28,383 nucleotides of DNA from an uncultured bacterium (GTDB lineage: Bacteria; Eisenbacteria; RBG-16-71-46). Below, in pieces: positions 13,727 to 21,840 of the stretch (within the stretch, counting starts at the first letter, position 1; each line of letters opens with the position of its first letter). Both the position numbers and the translations under genes were made by a program. The notes beneath the pieces were generated by a model. It saw only the letters and a list, made by a program, of their open reading frames with translations, ran no database searches and was not told the DNA's origin. The stretch is taken from the NCBI GenBank assembly GCA_964568385.1, contig CAZMQP010000003.1, positions 1 through 28,383 of the forward strand, in the 5' to 3' direction.

Positions 13727-15820
13727 TCAGCGCTCCAGCCGCGTGCCCAGCGACTGCTCCAGCTGGCGGCGCCCGATCGGCATCCACGACTTGTCGCCGG
13801 GCACCCACGCGGCGTCGCCACCCACGACGGCGCCGTCCTTCATGGTGAGCGAGAGCCGGAACTCGAACAGCGGCCCGGAGCGGCCCGCCGCCCGCTCCAG
13901 CCCGAACACCGGCCCGAGCGTGAAGTCCTTGCCGTCCGCATCCACGACGAACGAGCGCGTCCGGGTGGCTTCGCCCTGGGGATCGAAGTGCCTCGAGCGC
14001 ACCTCCACCAAGATGTGCTGGGCGCCCGATTCGGCCAGCGGCGTCAGCGAGCGGAACGTGAACTGCGACGAGCCGGCGGCCGACACGCCCCCGGTCAGAC
14101 CGGCGATGGCGTTCGCGCCGCACTCCCGGCACGACGCGTCCACGGTGTAGTCGATCCAGATCTTCTGGGCCTGTGCGTCGATCCAGAACGGCACCGAGGC
14201 GGCGCTCCAGCGCACCTGGCCGCCCGGCGGGACCCGCGTCTCCCCCAGGCTCCACGAGTTCACGACCGGCGGGGCGCCGTCGGCGACGCGCAGGGCGTGC
14301 AGGTAGCGCAATGTGACCGGGTAGGGCGTCGGGTTCTTCCAGCCGGTGCGCTCCCACCGGAACGGGCCGAACGTGCCGTAGTCCGCCAGCCGCATGTGGA
14401 TGGGCACCACCCTCGGCCCGAGGCCGTTGCCCGTCGGGCGGTAGATCACGCTGCCGCTGATGCCGACGTTCTCGATCAGCGCCTCCTGGATGAAGTCCTT
14501 GGTGCGCTCGTCGGTGATCCACGACACGTCGAGCTGACCGGCGACATCGGTGAGTCCGTTGACCGAGATGCGGTTCGCCGGAACGCTGTAGCGGCCCAGG
14601 TCGTCCGACAGCGAGACGGTGAGCGAGTCGATCGGCAGCGGCCGCAGTTCACGGAAGGGCATGCCCCGCGCCTTGGCGTGCGCCCGCACGATCTGGACCG
14701 CGACGCCCAGGTCGCGCGCCCCGATGCCGCCATCGAGGCGCGCCGACATGAGCACCTCGCCCGCGGCCCCCGGGGCCGCGGCGGAGTAGACGCTCCGGAG
14801 TGCGTAGCCGTCCGCCTGGTCCCACTTGAGCGCGTAGTCGTGGGGCAGGAAGTAGAAGATCCCCGAGGACGGCTCCTGGTCCGGATAGACCTCCGGGTAC
14901 ACGTTGAGCACGCGGGTCAGGTCGAGTCGGATGTCCTCGGTGCGGACATCGGCGAACGTCGGGAGCGGCAGGGCGCCCGGCCCGCGGGCGCCGCGGCTCG
15001 CGTCCGCCGGGGTGAGCCCCAGCGTGACCGAACGCGCCTCGAGCAGCCGCGCGGTGGGCAGCGCGCGCGTGGCCGTGCCGGCCTGGGTCTCGGCCGGCGG
15101 CTTGGTGACGGGCAGGACCGACCGCGTGGCCGTGATGGCCCGCGTCCGCGGGGCGGTCGTGGCCGGCGCCGGCGCGGGCGGCGAGGTGGATGCGGAGGGT
15201 GCGATGCGCACGGTGCTCGCCGGCACCACCATCGACGGCGTGGGCCCGAGCTCGGCGGTCCGGCCGACCGGCTGCGGTGCGATCGTGACCACGAAGCCCT
15301 CGCCGGAGGCGGCCGTCCTCGACCACTCCTTGCCCAGCCGGAAGAGGCGCGTGTAGCTCGCGGTGCGGCGCCCGGCGGCGGCGACGCTGACCCTCAGCAG
15401 CGCGGAGGGCGGCGGCACCACGCCGGGCTCCGACTCGAAGGTGAGCGTCAGTTCGCCCGACCCCTCGGCGATCGAGGCGGGCTCCGGCATGACGACCCCC
15501 GCTTGCCGCCGCCGGTCCGCATTCAGGAGTTCGCCCCACAGCCGCGCCCCCAGCAGGCCGTCATGGCTGACCCGCACCACCAGGCGGCGCGGCGCGTCCT
15601 CGTCCACGACCGCTCGGGTCACATGGCCCTTGAGCTCCCCTCCGAGCAGGCTGCCCGCGAGCGACTCGAGACCCGAGCGCACCTCATCCGCGGGCGGCAG
15701 TTCCCTGCCCTCGAGCGCGCCGGGGGCCGGCGCCGGCCGCGCCGGGACCGGCGCGAGCGAGCACATCGCGAGCACCAGGGCGAGGGACGCCGCCCATGGG
15801 CGGAGGGACCGAGGTCGCAT
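13727..15820 (-). CDS. g1: exported protein with an N-terminal beta-rich domain, a Pro/Thr/Ala linker and a divergent copy of the family domain (697 aa)
   Basis: ATG 15820 (codon 24 of the track ORF) has GGAG upstream and opens a signal peptide MRPRSLRPWAASLALVLAMCSLAPVPA. The C-terminal half has VYPDQEPSSGIFYFLPHDYAL, ELRPLPI and a terminal beta-rich unit (FEFRL..DG..W). Confidence 0.8.
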   Translation of the reverse strand: MRPRSLRPWAASLALVLAMCSLAPVPARPAPAPGALEGRELPPADEVRSGLESLAGSLLGGELKGHVTRAVVDEDAPRRLVVRVSHDGLLGARLWGELLNADRRRQAGVVMPEPASIAEGSGELTLTFESEPGVVPPPSALLRVSVAAAGRRTASYTRLFRLGKEWSRTAASGEGFVVTIAPQPVGRTAELGPTPSMVVPASTVRIAPSASTSPPAPAPATTAPRTRAITATRSVLPVTKPPAETQAGTATRALPTARLLEARSVTLGLTPADASRGARGPGALPLPTFADVRTEDIRLDLTRVLNVYPEVYPDQEPSSGIFYFLPHDYALKWDQADGYALRSVYSAAAPGAAGEVLMSARLDGGIGARDLGVAVQIVRAHAKARGMPFRELRPLPIDSLTVSLSDDLGRYSVPANRISVNGLTDVAGQLDVSWITDERTKDFIQEALIENVGISGSVIYRPTGNGLGPRVVPIHMRLADYGTFGPFRWERTGWKNPTPYPVTLRYLHALRVADGAPPVVNSWSLGETRVPPGGQVRWSAASVPFWIDAQAQKIWIDYTVDASCRECGANAIAGLTGGVSAAGSSQFTFRSLTPLAESGAQHILVEVRSRHFDPQGEATRTRSFVVDADGKDFTLGPVFGLERAAGRSGPLFEFRLSLTMKDGAVVGGDAAWVPGDKSWMPIGRRQLEQSLGTRLER

Positions 15821-16020
15821 GCACGGACTCCGAGCGCACCGCGCGTTCGAGGGGCGGCGGCGCCACGCGCCGGACGAGCCCCACGGCATGCGCTCGCCTC
15901 GGTCGCTGCACCGCCTCGAACCCCCTTACGTCCGAGCCGGGCGAACCGAACACGGGGCCGGGCGGGCCGGTGGCGCAGGGGGGCGCGCCCCACCCGCGCC
16001 GCCCGCGCCGCGATCCGCGG

Positions 16021-16509
16021 TCAGTCCCCTTCCGCCGACTTCCTCAGCGAGACCGCGTTGATGCAGTAGCGCAGGCCCGTCGGGGCCGGGCCGTCGGGGA
16101 ACACGTGCCCGAGGTGCGCGTCGCACACCTGGCAGGTCACCTCCACGCGCTGCATGCCGTGGCTCTCGTCGAGCACGTACCCGACCACGCCGGCGGTGAG
16201 GGGCTCGGTGAAGCTCGGCCAGCCCGAGCCGCTCTCGAACTTGGTGGTCGCATCGAACAGCAGCGTGCCGCAGCACACGCACGCGTAGCGGCCCGGTTCG
16301 AACAGGCTGCACATCTCGGATTCGAACGGCCGCTCGGTGCCGCCGCGCCGGGCCACCTGGTACTGCGCGTCGGTCAGTTGCGCGCGCCACTCGGCATCGG
16401 ACTTCTCGAGGCGCCGCGGCGGCGGCACGTTGCCGTGCCGCGCCCACGCGAGCACGGTGGCCCAGCGAGGGGGCGCGTCGGCCGGGGGACGGCGGGTGAT
16501 GTCGGTCAT
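16021..16509 (-). CDS. msrB: Peptide-methionine (R)-S-oxide reductase MsrB
   Basis: GTERPF, two CxxC zinc motifs (CVCC, CQVC), SGWPSF, AHLGHVFPDGP, RYCIN; SD AAGGAG. Confidence 0.97.
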   Translation of the reverse strand: MTDITRRPPADAPPRWATVLAWARHGNVPPPRRLEKSDAEWRAQLTDAQYQVARRGGTERPFESEMCSLFEPGRYACVCCGTLLFDATTKFESGSGWPSFTEPLTAGVVGYVLDESHGMQRVEVTCQVCDAHLGHVFPDGPAPTGLRYCINAVSLRKSAEGD

Positions 16510-16588
16510 GGCAGGGCTCCTTCCTTCGGGAGGCCGCGGCCGCCCGGGCTCCCTCTACGCCGGAGCGGGCGTTCCGTGACGCCCGCCG

Positions 16589-17611
16589 TCAGCGCGCGTA
16601 CGGGCTCACCTGCACGCCCGCCTCCTCCTCGGCCGCGTCCGCCCACGTGCGCACGATCGAGCCCGCCGGGTCGATGGAGTGGATCGCCTCGACGCTCTTG
16701 CCGGCCTGCCAGAACTCGCCGCGGCCCTTGGGCACGCGCAGCGACTTGCGCAGCGTGGACAGCGAGCGCATCGCGAAGAACGTGCGCATCAGGTGCTTGG
16801 TGCGCGGCTGCCGGAGCATCCAGCGCTCGAACGCGTTCGCCTTGAGGCCCAGACGGCGCACCGAGGGCGAGTCGAGCACGGCCACCGGCACGCCGGTGAT
16901 GCGCTCGGTCATCACCACGTCGCGGGCGCGCGCGTCGAGTAGCGCCTGCTTGTAGTCGTCGCTCGCCGAGCACTCGGGCGTGGCGATGAACCGCGTGCCG
17001 CACTGGACGCCGGCATAGCCCATCTTGAGCGCGTCGATGAACCCGCGGGCGTCGCCCACGCCGCCGGCGCACACGACCGGCAGCGCGAAGGGGGCGAGTT
17101 CGTCGAGCAGCGCGCGCGGGTCGCGCGGCCCGGCGTGCCCTCCGGCACGCGCGTTCACGGCGATCAGGCCGTCGGCGCCGCCGTCCTTCGCTTTGGCGGC
17201 CCACTTGGCCTCGGTCACATCGTGGTACACGACGCCGCCCACGGCGTGCGCCTTCTCGACCACCCAGCGCGGGTCGCCGAGCGAGGTGACGAAGAACCGC
17301 ACGCCCTCCTCGAGCGCGATGTCCACCCAGCGGCGCATCTGCTCCAGGTAGCGCTTGGACGACTTCTCGATGAGCGCGTTGAACCCGATCGGCTTGGTGG
17401 TGCGCGAGCGGATGAGCCGGAGGCCCTCGCGGAAGTCGTGGCCGAGCACGTAGGTGAGCGTGAGCGGCTGCACCACGCCGATGCCGCCGGCCTCCGACAC
17501 GGCCGCCACGAGCTCGGGGTCGCTGCACGGGTACATGGGGCCGCAGATGAGCGGCACGGCGATGCCGGCGTGCCGCGTGAGCGGCGTGTCGAGCGGAGTG
17601 GCCGGACTCAT
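16589..17611 (-). CDS. Nitronate monooxygenase / FabK-like FMN-dependent oxidoreductase
   Basis: LVAAVSEAGGIG, AGGHAG, VVCAGGVGD, GVQCGTRFIATPEC match the NMO/2-nitropropane dioxygenase family pattern. ATGA overlap with the upstream gene. Confidence 0.9.
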   Translation of the reverse strand: MSPATPLDTPLTRHAGIAVPLICGPMYPCSDPELVAAVSEAGGIGVVQPLTLTYVLGHDFREGLRLIRSRTTKPIGFNALIEKSSKRYLEQMRRWVDIALEEGVRFFVTSLGDPRWVVEKAHAVGGVVYHDVTEAKWAAKAKDGGADGLIAVNARAGGHAGPRDPRALLDELAPFALPVVCAGGVGDARGFIDALKMGYAGVQCGTRFIATPECSASDDYKQALLDARARDVVMTERITGVPVAVLDSPSVRRLGLKANAFERWMLRQPRTKHLMRTFFAMRSLSTLRKSLRVPKGRGEFWQAGKSVEAIHSIDPAGSIVRTWADAAEEEAGVQVSPYAR

Positions 17612-18081
17612 GCGCGCACGTCCAGTCGCCAGTGCACATGGATGCGGGCCACGGCATCGCCTGCGGCATCCGTCAGTGCCGCCGTCACGACGTGGTCGGT
17701 GGGGCCGGTCACATGGGGCACCACGACGCGCGCCTCGGCGGTGATGCGGCCGCGCGCCTTCTTCACGAAGTCCACCTCGATGCGGGTGACGATGCTGCGC
17801 AGGTGCGCCGGCAGCGCCGCGATCATCGCGATGCCGCTGGTGAACTCGCCCAGGTTGGCGAGCGCCACGGCGTGCACCGAACCGAGGTGATTGCGCACGG
17901 CGCCGCGGTCGGCCATCGAGACGCGCGCATGGCCCGGCTCGAGCACCTCCACGCGCGGCGCGGTGCTGGCGCTGTAGGGCACCATGCGGCCGATGAGCAG
18001 GCCGAACAGGCCGCGTCCGAGCGGCAGCCGCTCGCAGGTGCGCCAGGCCGACAGCAGCCGCGCGGCCGGCGAGGCGCTCAT
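17608..18081 (-). CDS. Hotdog-fold thioesterase-like protein (PaaI/DUF4442-like)
   Basis: NHLGSVHAVALANLGE, IEVDFVKKARG; 157 aa. Confidence 0.85.
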   Translation of the reverse strand: MSASPAARLLSAWRTCERLPLGRGLFGLLIGRMVPYSASTAPRVEVLEPGHARVSMADRGAVRNHLGSVHAVALANLGEFTSGIAMIAALPAHLRSIVTRIEVDFVKKARGRITAEARVVVPHVTGPTDHVVTAALTDAAGDAVARIHVHWRLDVRA

Positions 18082-18103
18082 CGGAGCCCGCCGCGGGGCA
18101 CGT

Positions 18104-18673
18104 TCAGAGCCCGAGGTCGCCAGCGCCCGACTGCAGCGCCGCGAGCACGAACGCGATGTGGGCGTCGAGGTCCACGCCCAGTTCGGCGGCGCCGTTCACG
18201 ATGTCGTCGCGGTTCACGTTGCGGGCGAAGCCGGCGCTCTTCATCTTCTTGCGCACCGACGGCACCTCGACCGAGGCGAGCCTGCGGTCGGGCTGCACCA
18301 GCGCGCACGCGGTGAGCAGGCCGCACAGCTCGTCACACGCGAACAGCGCCTTGGCCATGCGCGTCTCGCGCGGCGTGCCGGTGTGCGGCGCGTGCCCGAG
18401 CACCGCGGTGAGCACGTCCTCGGGCCAGCCGAGCGTGCGCAGGTGCGCCACCCCCTGCACCGGGTGGCGCTCCAGGTCGGGGTGGCGCTCCCAGTCGAAG
18501 TCGTGGATGAGCCCGGTGATCCCCCAGCGCGCCTCGTCCTCGCCGAACTCGCGCGCATAGGCGCGCATCGCCATCTCGACGGCGAGCGCGTGCTTGCGGA
18601 GGTTGGGGTTCTCGACCCACTCGTGCAGCAGGGCGAGCGCCTGGTCGCGGTCGGGCAGCGTGCCGGTGGTCAC
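18104..18673 (-). CDS. HD-domain (HDIG-type) metal-dependent phosphohydrolase
   Basis: H..AVE, GLIHDFD, AVLGH, LFACDELCG. Confidence 0.9.
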   Translation of the reverse strand: MTTGTLPDRDQALALLHEWVENPNLRKHALAVEMAMRAYAREFGEDEARWGITGLIHDFDWERHPDLERHPVQGVAHLRTLGWPEDVLTAVLGHAPHTGTPRETRMAKALFACDELCGLLTACALVQPDRRLASVEVPSVRKKMKSAGFARNVNRDDIVNGAAELGVDLDAHIAFVLAALQSGAGDLGL

Positions 18674-18680
18674 GCGCGCG

Positions 18681-18917
18681 TCACTTCTCGAAGTGGACGC
18701 GGTTCTTCTCGGTGTAGCTCGCCCACTTCTCGGGCACGCCGTTGTCGGGGAAGATCGCCTGCACCGGGCACGCGGCCTCGCACGCCTGGCAGTCGATGCA
18801 CTCGTCGGGGTGGATGTAGAACATGTCCTCGCCCTCGTAGATGCAGTTCACGGGGCACACCTCGACACAGGACTTGTCCTTGACGCCGATGCACGGCTCG
18901 GCGATGACGAATGTCAT
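18681..18917 (-). CDS. Dicluster ferredoxin, 7Fe ([3Fe-4S]+[4Fe-4S]) FdxA-like
   Basis: C-x7-C-x3-CP followed by C-x2-C-x2-C-x3-CP; 78 aa. Confidence 0.95.
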   Translation of the reverse strand: MTFVIAEPCIGVKDKSCVEVCPVNCIYEGEDMFYIHPDECIDCQACEAACPVQAIFPDNGVPEKWASYTEKNRVHFEK

Positions 18918-18986
18918 GGAACCCTCGGGGCGCGGGGGAGACGCCGGCGCGGCGCGCCGGCGCGCGGATGTGAGTCCGGACCGCGA

Positions 18987-19015
18987 AGTCTAGGGGGACG
19001 GTTTGCGGAACGCAA
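18987..19015 (-). promoter_or_regulatory. Putative sigma70-type promoter for the ferredoxin operon
   Basis: Minus strand TTGCGT-17 nt-TAGACT upstream of the ferredoxin ATG. Confidence 0.6.
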
Positions 19016-19047
19016 GGACGCGCGGGCGCCGGAGGCGTCCGCCGCCG

Positions 19048-19794
19048 TCAGCGGGCGAGGCCGGCGGTGTCCCCGGGCATCGAGCCGTAGCCGACGAACC
19101 AGGGGTGCAGCTCGACCGCCAGCCGGCCCGCCCTCACGGCCGGATCGTCGAGCGCTCGCCGGCGCGCGGCGGTCGAGTCTCCGCGGTAGACCAGCACGCC
19201 GCGCAGGTCGCCCCCGCCGCCGAAGGGTCCCGCGGTCACCAGCTCCCCCGCCGCGAGCCCGGCGAGGATCGCGTTCACGTGCGCGGCCTGGAGCGCGCGG
19301 GTCTCGGGCGAGTCGTCCGCGGTCCAGCGCGGGCCCCTGCGGAGCAGGACCAGCTGCAGCCGCACCATGCTGTCCCGGTGCCCGGGCTGGCGGGCGAGCC
19401 GCCGGTACGGCTCGCCGATCCCGGCCGGCGCGAACCAGGGGTGGAGGTCGAGCGTGAGCCGCCCGGCCCGCACCGCGGGGTCGCGCGCCACCTCGGCGCG
19501 CAGGCGCTCGACCGAGTCGGCGCGGAACACCAGCACGCCGCGCAGGTCGCCGCCGTCGAGCAGCGGGCCTGCCGCGACCAGGATCCCCGCCTCCGCCATG
19601 CGGCCGATGTTCGCGAGGTGGCCGGCCTGGATGCTGTCCGAGGCAGGCGTACGCTCAGCGCTCCAGGCCGGCCCGCGGCGCAGCAGCCCGAACTGGTAGG
19701 CCGACATCTCGGGCATCGGCAGCGTGCCGTCGGCCGCCAGGGGTACCGCGAGCAGCAGCGCGAACGGGAGCAGGGCGCGGCGCAGGTCGGGCAT
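19048..19794 (-). CDS. Exported protein with two tandem YCII-related domains
   Basis: Signal-like N-terminus (LLPFALLLAVPLAA). Two repeats of LLRRGP.W...H.....GP...GGDLRGVLV...DPAVRAGRL..(D/E)LHPWF. Confidence 0.85.
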   Translation of the reverse strand: MPDLRRALLPFALLLAVPLAADGTLPMPEMSAYQFGLLRRGPAWSAERTPASDSIQAGHLANIGRMAEAGILVAAGPLLDGGDLRGVLVFRADSVERLRAEVARDPAVRAGRLTLDLHPWFAPAGIGEPYRRLARQPGHRDSMVRLQLVLLRRGPRWTADDSPETRALQAAHVNAILAGLAAGELVTAGPFGGGGDLRGVLVYRGDSTAARRRALDDPAVRAGRLAVELHPWFVGYGSMPGDTAGLAR

Positions 19795-19800
19795 CGGCTC

Positions 19801-19830
19801 ACTCTAGCGGCACGCGCGGCCGGGCGGCAA
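19801..19830 (-). promoter_or_regulatory. Putative sigma70-type promoter for the YCII gene, probably leaderless
   Basis: Minus strand TTGCCG-18 nt-TAGAGT ending 6 nt before ATG 19794; no SD. Confidence 0.5.
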
Positions 19831-19847
19831 ACGCCGCGCGCCGCGCC

Positions 19848-19876
19848 TTGACCGGCATCGCCCCGCTCGCTAACTT
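19848..19876 (+). promoter_or_regulatory. Putative sigma70-type promoter for the MFP/ABC operon
   Basis: TTGACC-17 nt-TAACTT, 30 nt upstream of ATG 19907. Confidence 0.65.
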
Positions 19877-19906
19877 GGGCCGCTTCCTCACCCACCCGGG
19901 ACTCCC

Positions 19907-21106
19907 ATGAACACGACCCCGCCCGACCTCGCACGCCTGCGCATCGACCGCAGCGAGCCCCCGCCCGGCCCGCGCGGAGGCACCCGCTTCGCCGTCCCGG
20001 CCGGGATCGGGGTGGTGCTGATCGTGCTCGCGGTCGTGCTGTGGCCGCGCCTCTTCCCGGGCGCGATCGAGGTGCGCACGGCGGTCGCCGCCGCGACCGG
20101 CGGCGCCGCGTCGCCCGGCGGCGGCATCAGCGCCAGCGGCTACGTGGTGGCCCGCACCAAGGCCTCGGTGTCGGCCAAGGTGCCGGGGCGGCTCGCCTAC
20201 CTCGGCGTCGGCGAGGGCTCGGTCGTGCGCCGCGGCGAGGTGATCGCGCGGCTCGAGAACGACGACTTCCGCGCGGCGGTGGACGCCGCCGAGGCGCGGC
20301 TCCGCCAGCTGACGATCGAGCGCGACCAGGCCGAGCGCGACCTCGAGCGGGCGACCCGGCTCCACGAGCGCCGCCTGCTCTCGGACGCCGAGCTCGAGAC
20401 CCAGTCGGCGCGCCTGCGCTCGCTCGCCGCGCAGGCGGACGCCGCGCGCGCACAGCTCGCGCTGAGCCGCGCCAGCCTCGACAACACGATCGTGACCGCC
20501 CCGTTCGACGGCACCGTCCTGCGCAAGGACGCCGAGGTGGGCGAGTTCGTCGCCCCCTCGACCGCGGGCGGCGGGCTCACCCGCAGCGCGATCGCCACGA
20601 TGGCCGATCTGCGCACGCTCGAGGTCGAGGTGGACGTGAACGAGGCCTACATCTCGCGCATCCGGAACGGGCAGTCGTGCCGCATCACGCTCGACGCCTA
20701 CCCCGACACCTCGTTCGCGGGTCGCGTGCGCCAGGTGGTGCCGACCGCCGACCGGCAGAAGGCGACCGTGCAGGTCAAGGTCTCGATCCTCGACCGCGAC
20801 CGCCGCATCCTGCCCGAGATGGGCGCCAAGGTGGAGTTCGCGCCGCCGGGCGACTCCGAGTCCGAGACCGGGCCCGTCCCGCCGCGCCGCGTGCTGGCCC
20901 CGGCGGCGGCGGTGGTGGGCAGCGGGAGCGACGCCCGGGTGTGGGTGGTGTCCGGCGGGCGCGCCGCGGCGCGAACGGTCGAGACCGGCGTCGCGCGCGG
21001 GGAGCAGGTCGAGATCCGTTCCGGGCTGAGCGGCGGGGAGAGCGTCATCCTGTCGCCGCCGCCCGGGCTCGAGGACGGGGCGCGCGTGCGCGTCCGCGGC
21101 AGCTGA
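19907..21106 (+). CDS. Efflux periplasmic adaptor / membrane fusion protein (MacA/HlyD-like)
   Basis: N-terminal TM anchor, ASGYVVAR, lipoyl-like halves flanking a coiled coil, IVTAPFDGTVL, LEVEVDVNE. Confidence 0.93.
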   Translation: MNTTPPDLARLRIDRSEPPPGPRGGTRFAVPAGIGVVLIVLAVVLWPRLFPGAIEVRTAVAAATGGAASPGGGISASGYVVARTKASVSAKVPGRLAYLGVGEGSVVRRGEVIARLENDDFRAAVDAAEARLRQLTIERDQAERDLERATRLHERRLLSDAELETQSARLRSLAAQADAARAQLALSRASLDNTIVTAPFDGTVLRKDAEVGEFVAPSTAGGGLTRSAIATMADLRTLEVEVDVNEAYISRIRNGQSCRITLDAYPDTSFAGRVRQVVPTADRQKATVQVKVSILDRDRRILPEMGAKVEFAPPGDSESETGPVPPRRVLAPAAAVVGSGSDARVWVVSGGRAAARTVETGVARGEQVEIRSGLSGGESVILSPPPGLEDGARVRVRGS

Positions 21107-21155
21107 CGGAACCCAGGACCCCGCCCGCCGGCGGGGAACGGCGAAGGAGGGCTCG

Positions 21156-21827
21156 ATGGCGCTGGTGACGGTGCGGGACGTGCACAAGGAGTATCGCCGC
21201 GACACCCAGGCGGTCCCGGTGCTGGCCGGGCTCACGCTGGAGATCGCCGAGGGCGACTTCGTCGCCCTGATGGGTCCGTCCGGCAGCGGCAAGACCACGC
21301 TGCTCAACCTGATCGGCGGCATCGACCAGCCGACCGCGGGCGAGGTCGAGGTCGGCGGCAGGTCGATCGGGCGCCTCAAGCCGCGCGAGCTGGCGCGCTG
21401 GCGCTCGCGGCACATCGGCTACATCTTCCAGCTCTACAACCTGATCCCGGTGCTGACCGCGATCCAGAACGTCGAGCTGCCGCTGCTGCTCCAGAAGATG
21501 AGCGGCAAGGAGCGGGTCGAGCGCGCCACCCACGCGCTCGAGAACGTCGGCCTCAAGGACCGGCTCAAGCACTACCCGCGCCAGCTCTCGGGCGGGCAGG
21601 AGCAGCGGGTGGCGATCGCGCGGGCGCTGGTGAGCGACCCGACGCTGCTGCTCGCGGACGAGCCGACCGGCGACCTCGACCGCAAGTCGGGCGAGGAGAT
21701 CCTCGGCCTGCTCGAGCGGCTGAACAAGGAGTTCAAGAAGACGATCGTCATGGTCACGCACGACCCGCACGCCGCCGAGCGCGCGCATCGCGTGCTGCAC
21801 CTCGACAAGGGCGTGCTGTCCAACTGA
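21156..21827 (+). CDS. ABC transporter ATP-binding protein (MacB/LolD-like)
   Basis: Walker [10 protein letters not shown], signature LSGGQEQR, Walker [11 protein letters not shown]-loop VTHD. Confidence 0.97.
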   Translation: MALVTVRDVHKEYRRDTQAVPVLAGLTLEIAEGDFVALMGPSGSGKTTLLNLIGGIDQPTAGEVEVGGRSIGRLKPRELARWRSRHIGYIFQLYNLIPVLTAIQNVELPLLLQKMSGKERVERATHALENVGLKDRLKHYPRQLSGGQEQRVAIARALVSDPTLLLADEPTGDLDRKSGEEILGLLERLNKEFKKTIVMVTHDPHAAERAHRVLHLDKGVLSN

Positions 21828-21840
21828 GCGCGGGGAGCCC

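Noticed and set aside
4783-15820. Assignment of g1-g6 to MACPF, CDC, T6SS/eCIS or phage-tail families
   Set aside because: I found no MACPF signature (Y/W-G-T/S-H-F/Y-x6-GG), no CDC undecapeptide, and no recognisable sheath, tube, baseplate or VgrG motifs. Sec-type signals on every gene argue against cytoplasmically assembled injection systems. Remote fold similarity remains untested.
16021-16509. MsrB has GSGWPSF rather than GCGWPSF (no E. coli-type resolving Cys)
   Set aside because: This is a common natural variant of MsrB, not unusual.
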